Position numbers and translations under genes: made by a program. Source: Candidatus Hydrogenedentota bacterium (lineage in GTDB: Bacteria; Hydrogenedentota; Hydrogenedentia; Hydrogenedentales; SLHB01). Taken from it: a stretch of 64,000 nt of DNA. Under the pieces are notes generated by a model. The model was not told where the DNA came from, did not search any database, and was given only the letters and a program-made list of their open reading frames with translations. The stretch is taken from positions 352,001 to 416,000 of the forward strand of contig CAXXTH010000010.1 of NCBI GenBank assembly GCA_963668025.2, written 5' to 3'. Shown piece by piece: positions 41,921 through 52,178 of this stretch (the stretch's first letter is position 1; each line of letters opens with the position of its first letter).

Positions 41921-42705
41921 GGCGGCCTCCATTTGTGTCTATACAGACACAAAATTATACCGCAAAAAACATCTGGACGCAACGAAACACAATCATGGCG
42001 CACACCCTAGGGCGGTGGCGTGGTTGCCTTTGAGGGCCAGCACGTAGTCGGCCTGCCGTTGGATAATGTGGGAGGCGATATCCTTCTGGCAGCCCATGGC
42101 GTCCAGGGTGACGATGGCTCCCTTGAGCTTTAAGGCGTTGAGGAGTTTGGGGACGGCGGTGATTTCGTTGGATTTCTCGTCCACCTTGACCTGCCCCAGC
42201 GCCAGGCCGTGCTCGCAAGCCCATGCGCTGACGATGTAGGGGATGGCCTCCCCCTGATTCAAGGCGCGCCGCAGGGCTTTGCCGTCAATGGCGGCGACCT
42301 CATCGCTTAGATTGGGGCAAATGCCCTGCACCCATTGGCCGAAGCATTCCAGAAAGGCATGGGGGTCGAGGGCGGAAAAGACCCGGTTGAAGGTGTCGTG
42401 CGAGGGGATGCCGCCGGGCAGCTCCAGGAAGCCCTTCAGCCAATCCTCCCGGAGCCGGCCGAAGCGCTCCATATCCGAAAAGCTCTCTCCGCCCACGAGG
42501 GCTGAGCATAGCCCAATCACCAAGATGTCAATGAAGTTGTGCCTGCGGGTCCGGTCCATGCGGGGATCAGGCAGGCCCGCGAAACACTCGATAATAGGCT
42601 TGGGCTTGGGCAGGGATTTCTTTTCAGCGGTCATGGGGTGCTCCTTTCATTCATGCGCCGAAGCACTGTTGACTCTAGTATATAGAATTCTATATATTAA
42701 AATCC

Positions 42706-43005
42706 ATGAAGCACACCAAAAAGATGCAAGCATTGCTGGAGCGCATGGCGCAGATTGAGCGGATGGAGCGCGGAAAGCTCTGTCAAATGGGCGGGCGTCC
42801 CCACTTTAACCACCAGAGCTGGGAGAACGAGAAGAACGTGGTTCGCTATGTGCCGGCGCGCGAAACCGAGTTCCTAAAAGAGGTCATCAATGGCTACCAG
42901 GCTTTCATGAAGCTGGCTGAACGCTACGTGGACGAAGTCATCAAGCAAACCCGCCGTGAGCGCGCAAAGACCTTCCCCCAAGCGAAAAATCCCAGGCCAC
43001 GTTGA
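42706..43005 (+). CDS. Small DUF6788-like ORF in ISAs1 copy 2
   Basis: Near-identical to 31936-32235; intact upstream promoter and palindrome. Confidence 0.75.
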   Translation: MKHTKKMQALLERMAQIERMERGKLCQMGGRPHFNHQSWENEKNVVRYVPARETEFLKEVINGYQAFMKLAERYVDEVIKQTRRERAKTFPQAKNPRPR

Positions 43006-43101
43006 CAGAAAAAATCATGCACAACAGGATAAATCGACTCTTGAGCACTATTAGATGCGTAAGCCCTGACCCCTGTGGGCCTGCGTCAAAAAAGTGGGTT
43101 T

Positions 43102-44523
43102 TCATCCGGTTCTTTGTTCCCAATACTCCTCGAAGCGATTGGATTGAATAAGGCATCGCAACGCCGTAATGGCATTTGCGCCACGGACGGTCCATTCCAT
43201 ACCGGAGTGCTTCATACGCTGGCCAACGACCGTCCTGCACGCCGCTTCAATGACTCCCGAGCCAACGAATAGTCCCTTGGCAAAAAAATCGTTGTAGCGC
43301 ATGCGTTCTTTGTTCGTCTCAAAATAGCCGATGGCGGTAACGGCTTCTTTGGCATCCGGCCCATTGTTTGGCAACAGCACGGCGGCTTCTTCCACGATGG
43401 TTTCGATCTTTCCCTCATCCAGATCGTCCCACCATTTGCCCTTGTACAAGGCCAAACGTTTTTCGTCGCGTCCAAACAACAATTTGCACAGGTTCCCGAG
43501 ATGCTCGCGCGCGTGATACAAGTCGACTACGTGGATGGCGGCGTGAAAATGGGTTTGTACGATGTTTCGTATCCATTCGGCCCCATCGGTGAGGCATACG
43601 ACGCGTTTGGCCCTGAACAATCCGCGGCGGACGGCCTCGGCGTAGATGCGCCATTGAAACTGTTCGGACGTCTCGATGGCGCCCACGAAACTGGCGGAGC
43701 CCCTATCCCGGATGGGGCGGCCTTTTTCGTTGAAGGCGGTTTGAGAAAAAACGCATCCGATTTTCACCTCGCGGGTTTTGGGCTTGCCGTTTTGATATTT
43801 TCCCTTGCGGCCTTCGAGCGCCTCGGGCACCATGGGAACGCCGCTGCCGTCGAACTCGATGTAAAGGGTCTCGATAGTTTTGGCGGCATCGGGAGGCGGC
43901 GGTTCCTGGAATCGGATACGGTCCCGTTCTTGCGCGAACCAGTGGGCGGCTTGCTGGCCGGTCTGTTCCGCGATACGCTCACAGTCCTTGCGGCTGATCA
44001 CGAGTCCGGCGGCTGCTTTCAGTTGTTGCGACACCCTTTTGAATGGGGCGTCGCTGGCGAAATCCGCCACGAGACGCCGCACGCCCGGCGAATAGCGCGT
44101 GTTGGCGACATCGAGCTCCTCGTCGCCGGGATACCGCCATTTGCCGCACCGGGGGCACCGGTAGGCGGTGCGCGTAAAGCGGATCTTGCCCAAAAGAGTG
44201 ACGATGGTTTTTGTCTTCAGGCCACGGCTTTTCATTACCGCCATGCATGAGCAACGCGCTTTTTCCCCGCGCCGGCCCACGCCCACCTTTCTTAAAAAGG
44301 CATCGAGCGCCTTGGCCCCTCCCATGAGGGCCGCGCCGCGCAGGGCTTGTTCCAATGCTTCGAGATCCGTTCCCGCCGCGCGTTTTGCCGCGTTGAAAAT
44401 CCGCGTTACTTCGGCGTCTTTTTCGATGGCGGCTTGCGTTTTTTTTTGAGGGCGTCTTGTTCGGCGCTCTGCATCCGTTCCAGTTCGCCCAGTTCTTGGG
44501 CCACCGACTCGAATTGTCTGCAT
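43102..44523 (-). CDS. ISKra4-like transposase OrfB
   Basis: Identical to 34597-36018. Confidence 0.9.
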   Translation of the reverse strand: MQTIRVGGPRTGRTGTDAERRTRRPQKKTQAAIEKDAEVTRIFNAAKRAAGTDLEALEQALRGAALMGGAKALDAFLRKVGVGRRGEKARCSCMAVMKSRGLKTKTIVTLLGKIRFTRTAYRCPRCGKWRYPGDEELDVANTRYSPGVRRLVADFASDAPFKRVSQQLKAAAGLVISRKDCERIAEQTGQQAAHWFAQERDRIRFQEPPPPDAAKTIETLYIEFDGSGVPMVPEALEGRKGKYQNGKPKTREVKIGCVFSQTAFNEKGRPIRDRGSASFVGAIETSEQFQWRIYAEAVRRGLFRAKRVVCLTDGAEWIRNIVQTHFHAAIHVVDLYHAREHLGNLCKLLFGRDEKRLALYKGKWWDDLDEGKIETIVEEAAVLLPNNGPDAKEAVTAIGYFETNKERMRYNDFFAKGLFVGSGVIEAACRTVVGQRMKHSGMEWTVRGANAITALRCLIQSNRFEEYWEQRTG

Positions 44524-44786
44524 ACATCCCGGAAACGTTTATAGTTTTCCTCATCCTGACGCGCGCGGTTCAATTCTTGCTCGCCGCAAATGCGTTCGCT
44601 CACGGTCTTATTGTTTTTCTTGCTTGTCCATAAGTAATAGGGTCCGCGTAACTCTCGCGTTTTTTTCCCGTCCTTGATAGAGGGAAACCATTGTTCATTG
44701 AGGGATCCTTTTCTCAAGGTTCGTATTTCGCCCAATTGTTCGAGCAAGTCCAAGCGTTTTTCTTCCAGCGTGCGTTTATTGGCCAT
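44406..44786 (-). CDS. IS OrfA, DUF6788-like
   Basis: Identical to 34334-34714. Confidence 0.8.
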   Translation of the reverse strand: MANKRTLEEKRLDLLEQLGEIRTLRKGSLNEQWFPSIKDGKKTRELRGPYYLWTSKKNNKTVSERICGEQELNRARQDEENYKRFRDVCRQFESVAQELGELERMQSAEQDALKKKRKPPSKKTPK

Positions 44787-44891
44787 GATTGGTTCTCCTC
44801 TCTATTTATTGTAGTAATCTTACTACATACATCGGGCCAAAAAAAGGGGGGGGAAACGAAAACCCACTTTTTTGACGCAGGCCCGACCCCT

Positions 44892-46713
44892 GAGGCATTT
44901 GCGAAATAAAGAAAATCCGTATTGACAAGGGTTTACAAAGCGGCGGAATTGGCGCCTACCCCGGAGAATGCGGGGAAAGGGGCTTGGCGGGGGCATGAAT
45001 AAGGATTTTTTGTGAAAAATCACCCCAAATGCCCTCGGCGAGCGGGAAAAGGCGTAACGTCTCCCGTGTGTGATTGTAGTATAGTTGACCACATAACCAC
45101 GCACACACCAAGGAGACGTTTGCGATGGCCATTATACACCAAATGGGGTTGTTCTCGTGGAACCAGGTCGACGCGGCGTCGGATCTGGATCGGCTGAACC
45201 TGTTGCTGGCGGCGCTGCCGGATGAAGATTTGATGCGGGCGATGGAAGCCGAACGCAAGGGGCGGCGCGACGATTATCCTATCCGCGCGATGTGGAACAG
45301 CATACTGGCGGGGATCGTCTTCCAGCACGACGGCGTCGAAAGCCTGCGCCGCGAACTAGCCCGAAACGGGCAATTGCGCCAGTTGTGCGGATTCGACGTG
45401 TTGCGGGGCGCCAAGGCGGTCCCGCCCGAATGGGTGTACACGCGGTTCTTCGCCAGATTACTGCGCCACTGGAAAGAAGTGGACCGGATGTTCGACGCGC
45501 TCATCGTCCGGCTGATGGAACGCTTGCCGGATCTCGGGGTGCGTCTGGCCGTAGACTCGAAAGCCATCCAAACCCACGCCAAGCCTCCGCGCAAAGACGC
45601 GGTCCTGGAAAACGAAGAGCCGGACGGGCGGCGCGACCGCGACGCAGACTGGGGCACGAAAACCTACAAGGGCGTTCACAAGGACGGCACGCCCTGGGAG
45701 AAGGTCAAACGGTGGTTCGGCTACAAGCTGCACCTCATCGTGGACACGAAATATGAATTGCCGCTGGGCTACGCGGTCACGAAAGCCAGCGCCAACGACT
45801 CGCCCTTTCTGCTGCCCCTCGTGGCGGCTCTCGACGCGCGCCACCCCGAACTCGTCCAACGCGCCGAGTACCTCAGCGCCGACAAGGGCTATGATTCCGA
45901 AGCCAACAACAAGGGCCTCTTCGAGGAACATGAAATCCGGCCCATCGTGGACATCCGGGCGACCTGGAAAGAAGAACCGGAACGGCCCCGCCCTTTATAT
46001 CCCGAACGGGTAGACACGATCTTCCATACCGAACGAGGTGAAGTCCTCTGCCGGTGTCGTAACGGCGCCCCAAACGAACGCGACAACTATGATTCCATGG
46101 CCTACCAAGGATTCGAGCAAGATCGGGGAACCTTGAAATACCGTTGCCCAGCCAAGGCGCGCGGGAGCGCCTGTACCCAGCAAGACCTCTGCAACCAAGG
46201 ATGCCAGCCCGAACACGGACGGATTGTCCGCGTGCCCATCGCTATCGACCGGCGCATCTTTACCCCCCTGCCCCGCAGCGCCAAATCCTGGCGCCGCGAA
46301 TACAAACACCGCACCGCCATCGAGCGAGTCAACAGCCGACTCGACGGCGCATACGGATTCGAGCGCCACTACATCCGCGGTATGAAAAAGATGCGCGCCC
46401 GCACCGGATTAGCCCTCCTCGTCATGCTCGGCATGGCCCTGGGATGGCTCGAAGCCGGCCAGGCAGAACGCATGCGCTCGCTCCTCGGACAGCCCCGCGC
46501 CGCATAGATCACATCGAATCCGCACAAGCAATGATGGCCCGAATCAAGGGCAAACCATGCCCATTCGGGCCGCAAGGGTCCTACACGCGAACCTCCTGCA
46601 TGATTTATTGCACCCGTAGCGGAGGCGTAATCCCATTGCCACAGGCGAAAACCGCTCCGCGTGTGCCCGCACCGTCCGCGCGTTCGCAAACCACGCTATT
46701 TCGCAAATGCCTC
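44892..46713 (+). mobile_element. IS1182/IS4-like element
   Basis: 17-bp IR GAGGCATTTGCGAAATA; 6-bp TSD ACCCCT at 44886-44891 and 46714-46719. Confidence 0.88.
45125..46507 (+). CDS. DDE transposase (DUF772/DDE_Tnp_1-like)
   Basis: AVDSK, WFGYKLHLIVD, ADKGYDS, YKHRTAIERVNSRL. Confidence 0.9.
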   Translation: MAIIHQMGLFSWNQVDAASDLDRLNLLLAALPDEDLMRAMEAERKGRRDDYPIRAMWNSILAGIVFQHDGVESLRRELARNGQLRQLCGFDVLRGAKAVPPEWVYTRFFARLLRHWKEVDRMFDALIVRLMERLPDLGVRLAVDSKAIQTHAKPPRKDAVLENEEPDGRRDRDADWGTKTYKGVHKDGTPWEKVKRWFGYKLHLIVDTKYELPLGYAVTKASANDSPFLLPLVAALDARHPELVQRAEYLSADKGYDSEANNKGLFEEHEIRPIVDIRATWKEEPERPRPLYPERVDTIFHTERGEVLCRCRNGAPNERDNYDSMAYQGFEQDRGTLKYRCPAKARGSACTQQDLCNQGCQPEHGRIVRVPIAIDRRIFTPLPRSAKSWRREYKHRTAIERVNSRLDGAYGFERHYIRGMKKMRARTGLALLVMLGMALGWLEAGQAERMRSLLGQPRAA

Positions 46714-46879
46714 ACCCCTGTCCATGACTTGCAGCCGCCTGGGGCTATTGGGTAGTATTACAAGATTGAGCGTCTTTCCACGGATGTGCCGGTTGTGGAA
46801 AGAAGGGCAAGCCGTGGCTGGTTAGTAGAAAATCCTTCTTCGAAGACGCAGCAGGCGTACAGCTAGATCGGATAATATC

Positions 46880-48205
46880 ATGCATGAAATCAAGCTCCCG
46901 CAGTTAGGCCAATCGGTTGAAGAGGCCTCGATAGTCCAATGGTTAAAAAAGGAAGGCGATCCCGTTTCCGTCGGGGATATCCTGTTTTCCATCCAAACCG
47001 ACAAGGCCGAGATCGAATGCGAATGCACGGCCAATGGCGTGCTGCGGAAGATTTTAGTAGGGCCAGATGTCGAGGTGCCGGTGCGCACGGTGGTCGCTCT
47101 AGTGGGCGAACCTGGAGAAGCGCTGCCTGATTTAAGCGCCTATGCGGGTGGAAATGCCCCTGCCGCGTCCGCCGAGGCTGAAAAGCCTGCCCCAACGGCG
47201 GAAGCAACATTCCCCCAGGCCGCGCAAGCGGCTGCCGCATCGGATGGCCGTATTGCCGCATCGCCCCGCGCCAAGAAATTGGCTGCGGAACAGGGAATCG
47301 ACCTATCCACGTTGGCGGGCAGCGGCGCGCAAGGCCGCATCATGGAGGCCGACGTGGCCAGCGCCAGCCCAACCGCATCGGCGAAAATCACGCCTACCGC
47401 CAAGCGGCTGGCGGAGATTTCGGGCGTGGATGTGCGCACTGTCGCGGGCACAGGCCCCGGCGGGAAGATCATGAAAGACGATGTGGCGGCGGCGAAGACA
47501 GCCCCAGCGGCTCCGGTTGCGGCATCCGCCCCGGCGGAAGCGGGCGAGGGCGTCAAACGGACGCGCCTGACTCCAATGCGCCGCATTATCGCCGAGCGGA
47601 TGGTGGAAAGCTTGTTCACCGCGCCTCATTATTATATGTCCATGGAAATTGATATGACGGCGGCGGCGGCGTTCCGTAAAAAATCACCGTTCCGGCCTTC
47701 CTTTAACGCCATCGTGTTGTATGCCGTGTCCCGTGCGCTACGCCAGCATCCGCAGGTGAATGCGCGCTGGGCGGGCGATGCGATTGATGAAGTGGCGGAT
47801 GTCGCCATCGGCGTGGCGGTGGCGCTGCCAGCGGGTTTGGTGGTGCCGGTGCTGCGGAAAGCGCAGAACTTGAGCCTCGAGGGCATCCAGGAAGAAAGCA
47901 AGGCGCTGGCCGAAAAGGCGCGCACGGGCAAGCTGCTTCCAGACGATTACGCGGGCAGCACGTTCACGGTATCGAACCTGGGCTCCTTTGGCGTGGACCA
48001 ATTCACGGCCATCATCAATCAGCCCAACAGCGCCATTCTGTCGGTGGGCGCTATTAAAGACAAGCCCGTAGTGATTGACGGCGGCATCCACATCCGCTCG
48101 ATGATGAATCTGACGCTGTCGAGCGATCACCGGGTGATCGATGGCGCAGTGGCCGCCCAATTCCTGGCCACGATGCGCGAAATTCTCGAATCGGGACAAT
48201 TCTAG
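46880..48205 (+). CDS. Dihydrolipoamide acyltransferase (E2) of a 2-oxoacid dehydrogenase complex
   Basis: Lipoyl domain IQTDKA, two E3-binding repeats, TFTVSNLG, DHRVIDGA. Confidence 0.93.
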   Translation: MHEIKLPQLGQSVEEASIVQWLKKEGDPVSVGDILFSIQTDKAEIECECTANGVLRKILVGPDVEVPVRTVVALVGEPGEALPDLSAYAGGNAPAASAEAEKPAPTAEATFPQAAQAAAASDGRIAASPRAKKLAAEQGIDLSTLAGSGAQGRIMEADVASASPTASAKITPTAKRLAEISGVDVRTVAGTGPGGKIMKDDVAAAKTAPAAPVAASAPAEAGEGVKRTRLTPMRRIIAERMVESLFTAPHYYMSMEIDMTAAAAFRKKSPFRPSFNAIVLYAVSRALRQHPQVNARWAGDAIDEVADVAIGVAVALPAGLVVPVLRKAQNLSLEGIQEESKALAEKARTGKLLPDDYAGSTFTVSNLGSFGVDQFTAIINQPNSAILSVGAIKDKPVVIDGGIHIRSMMNLTLSSDHRVIDGAVAAQFLATMREILESGQF

Positions 48206-48325
48206 GGACAGCCGTTTCGCCGGTTTGGGCGGGGGCTAAAATGGAATCATGCGGCGAAGGAGGCAAAGCGGTTGCTTTGCCTCCCGCTTCAGCAAATAAA
48301 CGGCGTATCCAGGAGTCTTGAACTC

Positions 48326-49720
48326 ATGACAGCATGTGACGTAGTAGTAATCGGTGCGGGCCCAGGCGGCTATGTGGCGGCGATTCGGGCGGCCCAATTG
48401 GGTGCGAAGACCATAGTGGTCGAGCGGGCGGAAGTCGGCGGTGTTTGCCTGAACTGGGGCTGCATTCCCACGAAGACCTTCGTCTACACGGCGGAGGCGT
48501 ATCGCAAACTTCAGCACGCCAAAGAATTAGGCATCACGATTGACGGCGTAGTCGGCATTGACATGAAGGCCGTCATTAAGCGTAAAGAAGGCGTCATCCG
48601 GCGCAACAAGGCGGGCATCAACGCCCTATTTAAAGCGAACGGCATCACGGTGATGCAGGGCGACGCCCGCATTACCGCGCCGGGCCGCATCCAGGTAGGC
48701 AACGAAACGATTGCCGCCAAGAGCATCATCATCGCCACGGGCAGTTCGCCCGCTCAGATTCCTGGCCTCGAAACGGACGGCAAGCATATCATCACGAGCA
48801 CCGAAGCGCTCGAGCTGCCCGAAGTCCCCAAGCATGCGCTCATTATCGGCGCGGGCCCCATCGGCGCGGAATTTGCCTGCATTTGGCAAGCCTTCGGCGC
48901 GAAAGTGACCATGGTCGAGATGATGCCGCAAGTCATGCCGCTCGAGGACGCCGAGATCGCCGGTTTAATGGAAAAAGAACTCATTAAAAAGGGCATAGAT
49001 GTCCGCACGGAAACCACCGTAGCGAAGCTCGAAGCCCATGCAACCGGCGTTCATGTGGAACTTAAAGGCAAAAAAGCAGATTCACTAGACGTGGACATTG
49101 TCCTGGTGGGCATCGGGCGCAAATTCCACTCCGAAGTGGTGTCCGAGTCACCGAACTTAGGCGTGCGCTTAAGCAAACGCGGCTTCATCGAGGTGGACGC
49201 CCGCATGGAAACCTCCGTGAAGGGTATTTTCGCCATTGGCGATGTGACCGGCAAGACGATGCTGGCCCATGGCGCTTCGGCGGAAGGGCTGGTGGCGGCG
49301 GCGAACGCCACGGGCGGCCACAAGACGATGGATTACCGCGTAGTGCCTTCCTGCACGTTCACCTCGCCCGAAGTGGCGAGCGTGGGCCTGACGGAGGCCA
49401 AGGCGCGCGAAAAGGGCATCAAGGTCCGCGTGGGGCGCTTCCCGTTCGCGGCCAGCGGCCGTGCGGCCACCATGGGCGAAACGAGCGGCATGGTCAAGAT
49501 TGTCGCGGACGCTTCCACCGATGAAGTCATCGGCGTGCATATCATGGGCCCCGAGGCGGGCGAACTCATCGCCGAGGCAGCCCTGGCAATGAAGATGGAA
49601 GCCACCGTGGCGGAAATCGCCCATACCATTCATACCCATCCGACGCTGGCGGAAACGCTCATGGAAGCGGCGGATGATTACTTCGGCTTGGGCATTCACA
49701 CGCCGCCGAGGAAGGGCTAA
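48326..49720 (+). CDS. lpdA: Dihydrolipoyl dehydrogenase (E3)
   Basis: GAGPGGY, GGVCLNWGCIPTK, HTHPTLAE. Confidence 0.96.
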   Translation: MTACDVVVIGAGPGGYVAAIRAAQLGAKTIVVERAEVGGVCLNWGCIPTKTFVYTAEAYRKLQHAKELGITIDGVVGIDMKAVIKRKEGVIRRNKAGINALFKANGITVMQGDARITAPGRIQVGNETIAAKSIIIATGSSPAQIPGLETDGKHIITSTEALELPEVPKHALIIGAGPIGAEFACIWQAFGAKVTMVEMMPQVMPLEDAEIAGLMEKELIKKGIDVRTETTVAKLEAHATGVHVELKGKKADSLDVDIVLVGIGRKFHSEVVSESPNLGVRLSKRGFIEVDARMETSVKGIFAIGDVTGKTMLAHGASAEGLVAAANATGGHKTMDYRVVPSCTFTSPEVASVGLTEAKAREKGIKVRVGRFPFAASGRAATMGETSGMVKIVADASTDEVIGVHIMGPEAGELIAEAALAMKMEATVAEIAHTIHTHPTLAETLMEAADDYFGLGIHTPPRKG

Positions 49721-49722
49721 TA

Positions 49723-49761
49723 GTAGGGGGCGACTCGTTCGAAAGAACGGTTGCCCTCTAC
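49723..49761 (+). terminator. GTAG...CTAC hairpin after lpdA (REP-like or terminator)
   Basis: GTAGGGGGCGAC..GTTCGAAAGAAC..GTTGCCCTCTAC. Confidence 0.45.
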
Positions 49762-49793
49762 GTACGCTTTTACACCGGAGGGAACGCCGGAAC

Positions 49794-52079
49794 GTGCGGC
49801 CCACTACACGGGATAAACTCGATCTGATTCTTTGCTTGGTATGCCTCGCGGCAGCCGCGGCCCTTGCATTGTTTCCTGTAGCCATGGGACGTGTTCCCAC
49901 CGATGCGGATAGCCTGTTTTTCTTGCCCGCTTCGCCGTGGGCGGAAGCGCGCCCGGCTGAGTTGCATGCGCCCGCAGGCGCCGATTCCAATGTGCTGGCC
50001 GAACGCTATCTGCCGTGGCGTATTTTCGCCCGTGACGCCTTGGCCAAGGGCGAATCGCTGTTATGGAATCCGTATGAAGATTGCGGCATGCCCTTCATGG
50101 CGCTTTGGCAAACGCGGTGTTTCTCGCCGTTTAGCGTGCCGTTCTATGTATTTCCACTGAAGGAAGCGCTCCCGATCTCGGCGGCGCTCAAATTGCTCGT
50201 AGCGGGCCTATGCGCTTTCCTCATGGGCCGTTTATTTGGCCTGCCTTTGCCCATGGCCTTGTTCACCGGCCTTGCCTTTCAGTTCAGCGGGCTGCTCCTC
50301 TCCCATATCGGGATTCCCCTATCCGATGTGCTGCCGTGGCTTCCCTTGCTGATCCTCTTCGCGGATCGGTTCAGTCTCGGGTTGTACGCCCATTGGCCAT
50401 ATGGAGCCCTTGCCCTAGCGCTGATGCTATTTGGCGGGGAACCGGGAGCGGCGGCAGCCGCCTTCGCCTGGTGCATGCTGTTTATCCTGGTCCGAAAAGT
50501 ATTGGCGCGCGCGCCGCTGGCCGATATCGCCACGGCGTTTGTCGCGTTTTTGGCGGTAGGAACCGCAGCCGCAGGCCTGGCGGCCGTACAAATACTTCCG
50601 TTCATCGAATTCGCAGGGGAAGCCGCATCGACTGGATATGGCGTGGCGGGCCTTGCCCCCCAGGTGCAAGATGTGATTCTGCTGTTGTTTCCCTGGTTTT
50701 TGGGCGCAATATCCGCAGCCGGCATGGGCGGTTCGAGCCCCCTGCCCACCATGTTATACATAGGCGCCGCGCCAGCGCTTCTTTTGCCCATATGGTTCGC
50801 CCTTCGCAGCTACCCCGCGGCCATCCGGCGCACACGCGTCGAGGCCTTGCTCCTCACCGCTGTCTTTATGCTGGCCATGGCGATTCTTTCTGGCGGCCTC
50901 CTCCGCCAAACGCCATTGCTCCACCACATCCAGCCCGTTCATTGGCTCATTGGATTTGGATTGGCCTTGATTTATACAGCGGCGGAATCCGCGGATGAAT
51001 GGGTCGAGCTCGATGCGGATGGATGCCGCCATGTCATCAAACGCCTCCTCTTTATATTTCCCATTTTCCTCCTCCTTCTTGGCTTGGCTATAGCCGCCCA
51101 CTTAGGCGATTCGCGCCCCAGCGCCGCGCCATTTCAACGCCAAATCATTCTTCCCGCTCTCATGGGACTCATCATGCTCGCGCTTCTGTCGGCCACCCTT
51201 CTCCGGCCATCCACCCATGTCATGGGCTACAGCTTATGTTTCTTGTGCGCCGTGGATCTCTTATTTGTTTTTCATCCGGCAATGCCATTTACGGAACCCG
51301 CGCACATTTTTCCCGAAACCCAGTTCATCGCTTCCCTGAAAGCCACCCAGGCGCGCATCTCGGGTATGGAATCGCTGCAACGCTGGCCCCTTCTAGGCAA
51401 CCTGGTCCCCCAAGTCTACGGCACCAGCGGCGTCGAATTGGCGCGGCATAGGCAATTCGTTGGCCGGTTAGCCGAAACGCCGCTGTTGCTGCGGCGCATG
51501 GGCTCGCGGCATTTGCTGTTGACCAAGGAAGACATTCAAGGCAGCTTCGCCAGCGTGCGCCCCATGCTTGCGGTCCAGCATGTCTATAACGCCGGAGCGA
51601 TTCTATTTGAAGATTTGGGGGCGAATTCCCGCGTCTGGATGGCCTACGATACGCGGAACGTGGAGCAATTCAACCCGGCGGACCTGGATCCCGAAGCAGC
51701 GCCGCTTGTCGAAACCGTCACCCCCTGGTCTGGCGCCGCTGATCCCGGGCCTGCCACGGCCATGATCACCGAAGAACACCATACCCGCATCACCGTGCAT
51801 GCTGAAGCGCCTCGCGAAGGTGTGCTGGTGCTGGCGGATTCCTGGTATCCCGGCTGGCGCGCCACCGTTGATGGTGTAGAAACGGAAGTGTTTCCAGTGG
51901 AAGGGATCCTGCGCGGCGTCTTGGTCAAAGAAGGCTCGCACGAAATCGTATTCCGATACCGGCCTAACTCCTTCTTACTCGGCCTGGCGCTTACCGCAAC
52001 CACCGCCATTACGGCCTCCATCTTGGTTTTATTCTCCACGATTCGCGCATACAAAAAACGCAGAAGCTCCGCCATCTAA
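49794..52079 (+). CDS. YfhO-family membrane protein (putative GT-C glycosyltransferase)
   Basis: LWNPYEDCGMPF, AAVQILP, LVLADSWYPGWRATVDG, GSHEIVFRYRP. Confidence 0.85.
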   Translation: MRPTTRDKLDLILCLVCLAAAAALALFPVAMGRVPTDADSLFFLPASPWAEARPAELHAPAGADSNVLAERYLPWRIFARDALAKGESLLWNPYEDCGMPFMALWQTRCFSPFSVPFYVFPLKEALPISAALKLLVAGLCAFLMGRLFGLPLPMALFTGLAFQFSGLLLSHIGIPLSDVLPWLPLLILFADRFSLGLYAHWPYGALALALMLFGGEPGAAAAAFAWCMLFILVRKVLARAPLADIATAFVAFLAVGTAAAGLAAVQILPFIEFAGEAASTGYGVAGLAPQVQDVILLLFPWFLGAISAAGMGGSSPLPTMLYIGAAPALLLPIWFALRSYPAAIRRTRVEALLLTAVFMLAMAILSGGLLRQTPLLHHIQPVHWLIGFGLALIYTAAESADEWVELDADGCRHVIKRLLFIFPIFLLLLGLAIAAHLGDSRPSAAPFQRQIILPALMGLIMLALLSATLLRPSTHVMGYSLCFLCAVDLLFVFHPAMPFTEPAHIFPETQFIASLKATQARISGMESLQRWPLLGNLVPQVYGTSGVELARHRQFVGRLAETPLLLRRMGSRHLLLTKEDIQGSFASVRPMLAVQHVYNAGAILFEDLGANSRVWMAYDTRNVEQFNPADLDPEAAPLVETVTPWSGAADPGPATAMITEEHHTRITVHAEAPREGVLVLADSWYPGWRATVDGVETEVFPVEGILRGVLVKEGSHEIVFRYRPNSFLLGLALTATTAITASILVLFSTIRAYKKRRSSAI

Positions 52080-52178
52080 AAACAGCCGCCATTCGTTTCT
52101 TGTAACAGCCAGTAGATGGTGTTACCGTAAGCCCCACGGGGAAGACGCTTGGCTCAGGCCAGCGAAGGAGATGCTCCA

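Larger units (their letters stand above)
40210..42007 (-). mobile_element. ISKra4/ISLre2-like IS type B
   Basis: Imperfect IR GGGTGTGCG..; 9-bp TSD TAGGGCGGT at 40201-40209 and 42008-42016. Confidence 0.92.
39670..42634 (-). pseudogene. ISAs1 transposase split by insertion
   Basis: N-part ends LKGNHATAL at about 42008, C-part resumes TALEEVKAFF at about 40209. Confidence 0.9.
39656..43068 (-). mobile_element. ISAs1-family IS, copy 2, interrupted by ISKra4-like type B
   Basis: Same 18-bp IRs; 1606 bp after removing the insert and one TSD. Confidence 0.93.
43077..44884 (-). mobile_element. ISKra4-like IS type A, copy 2
   Basis: 27-bp IRs; 9-bp TSD GACCCCTGT (43068-43076); right TSD split by the next IS. 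Confidence 0.92.

Noticed and set aside
34237-44884. Composite transposon bounded by the two inverted ISKra4-A copies
   Set aside because: Outer flanks do not share a TSD and copy 2 has its own 9-bp TSD
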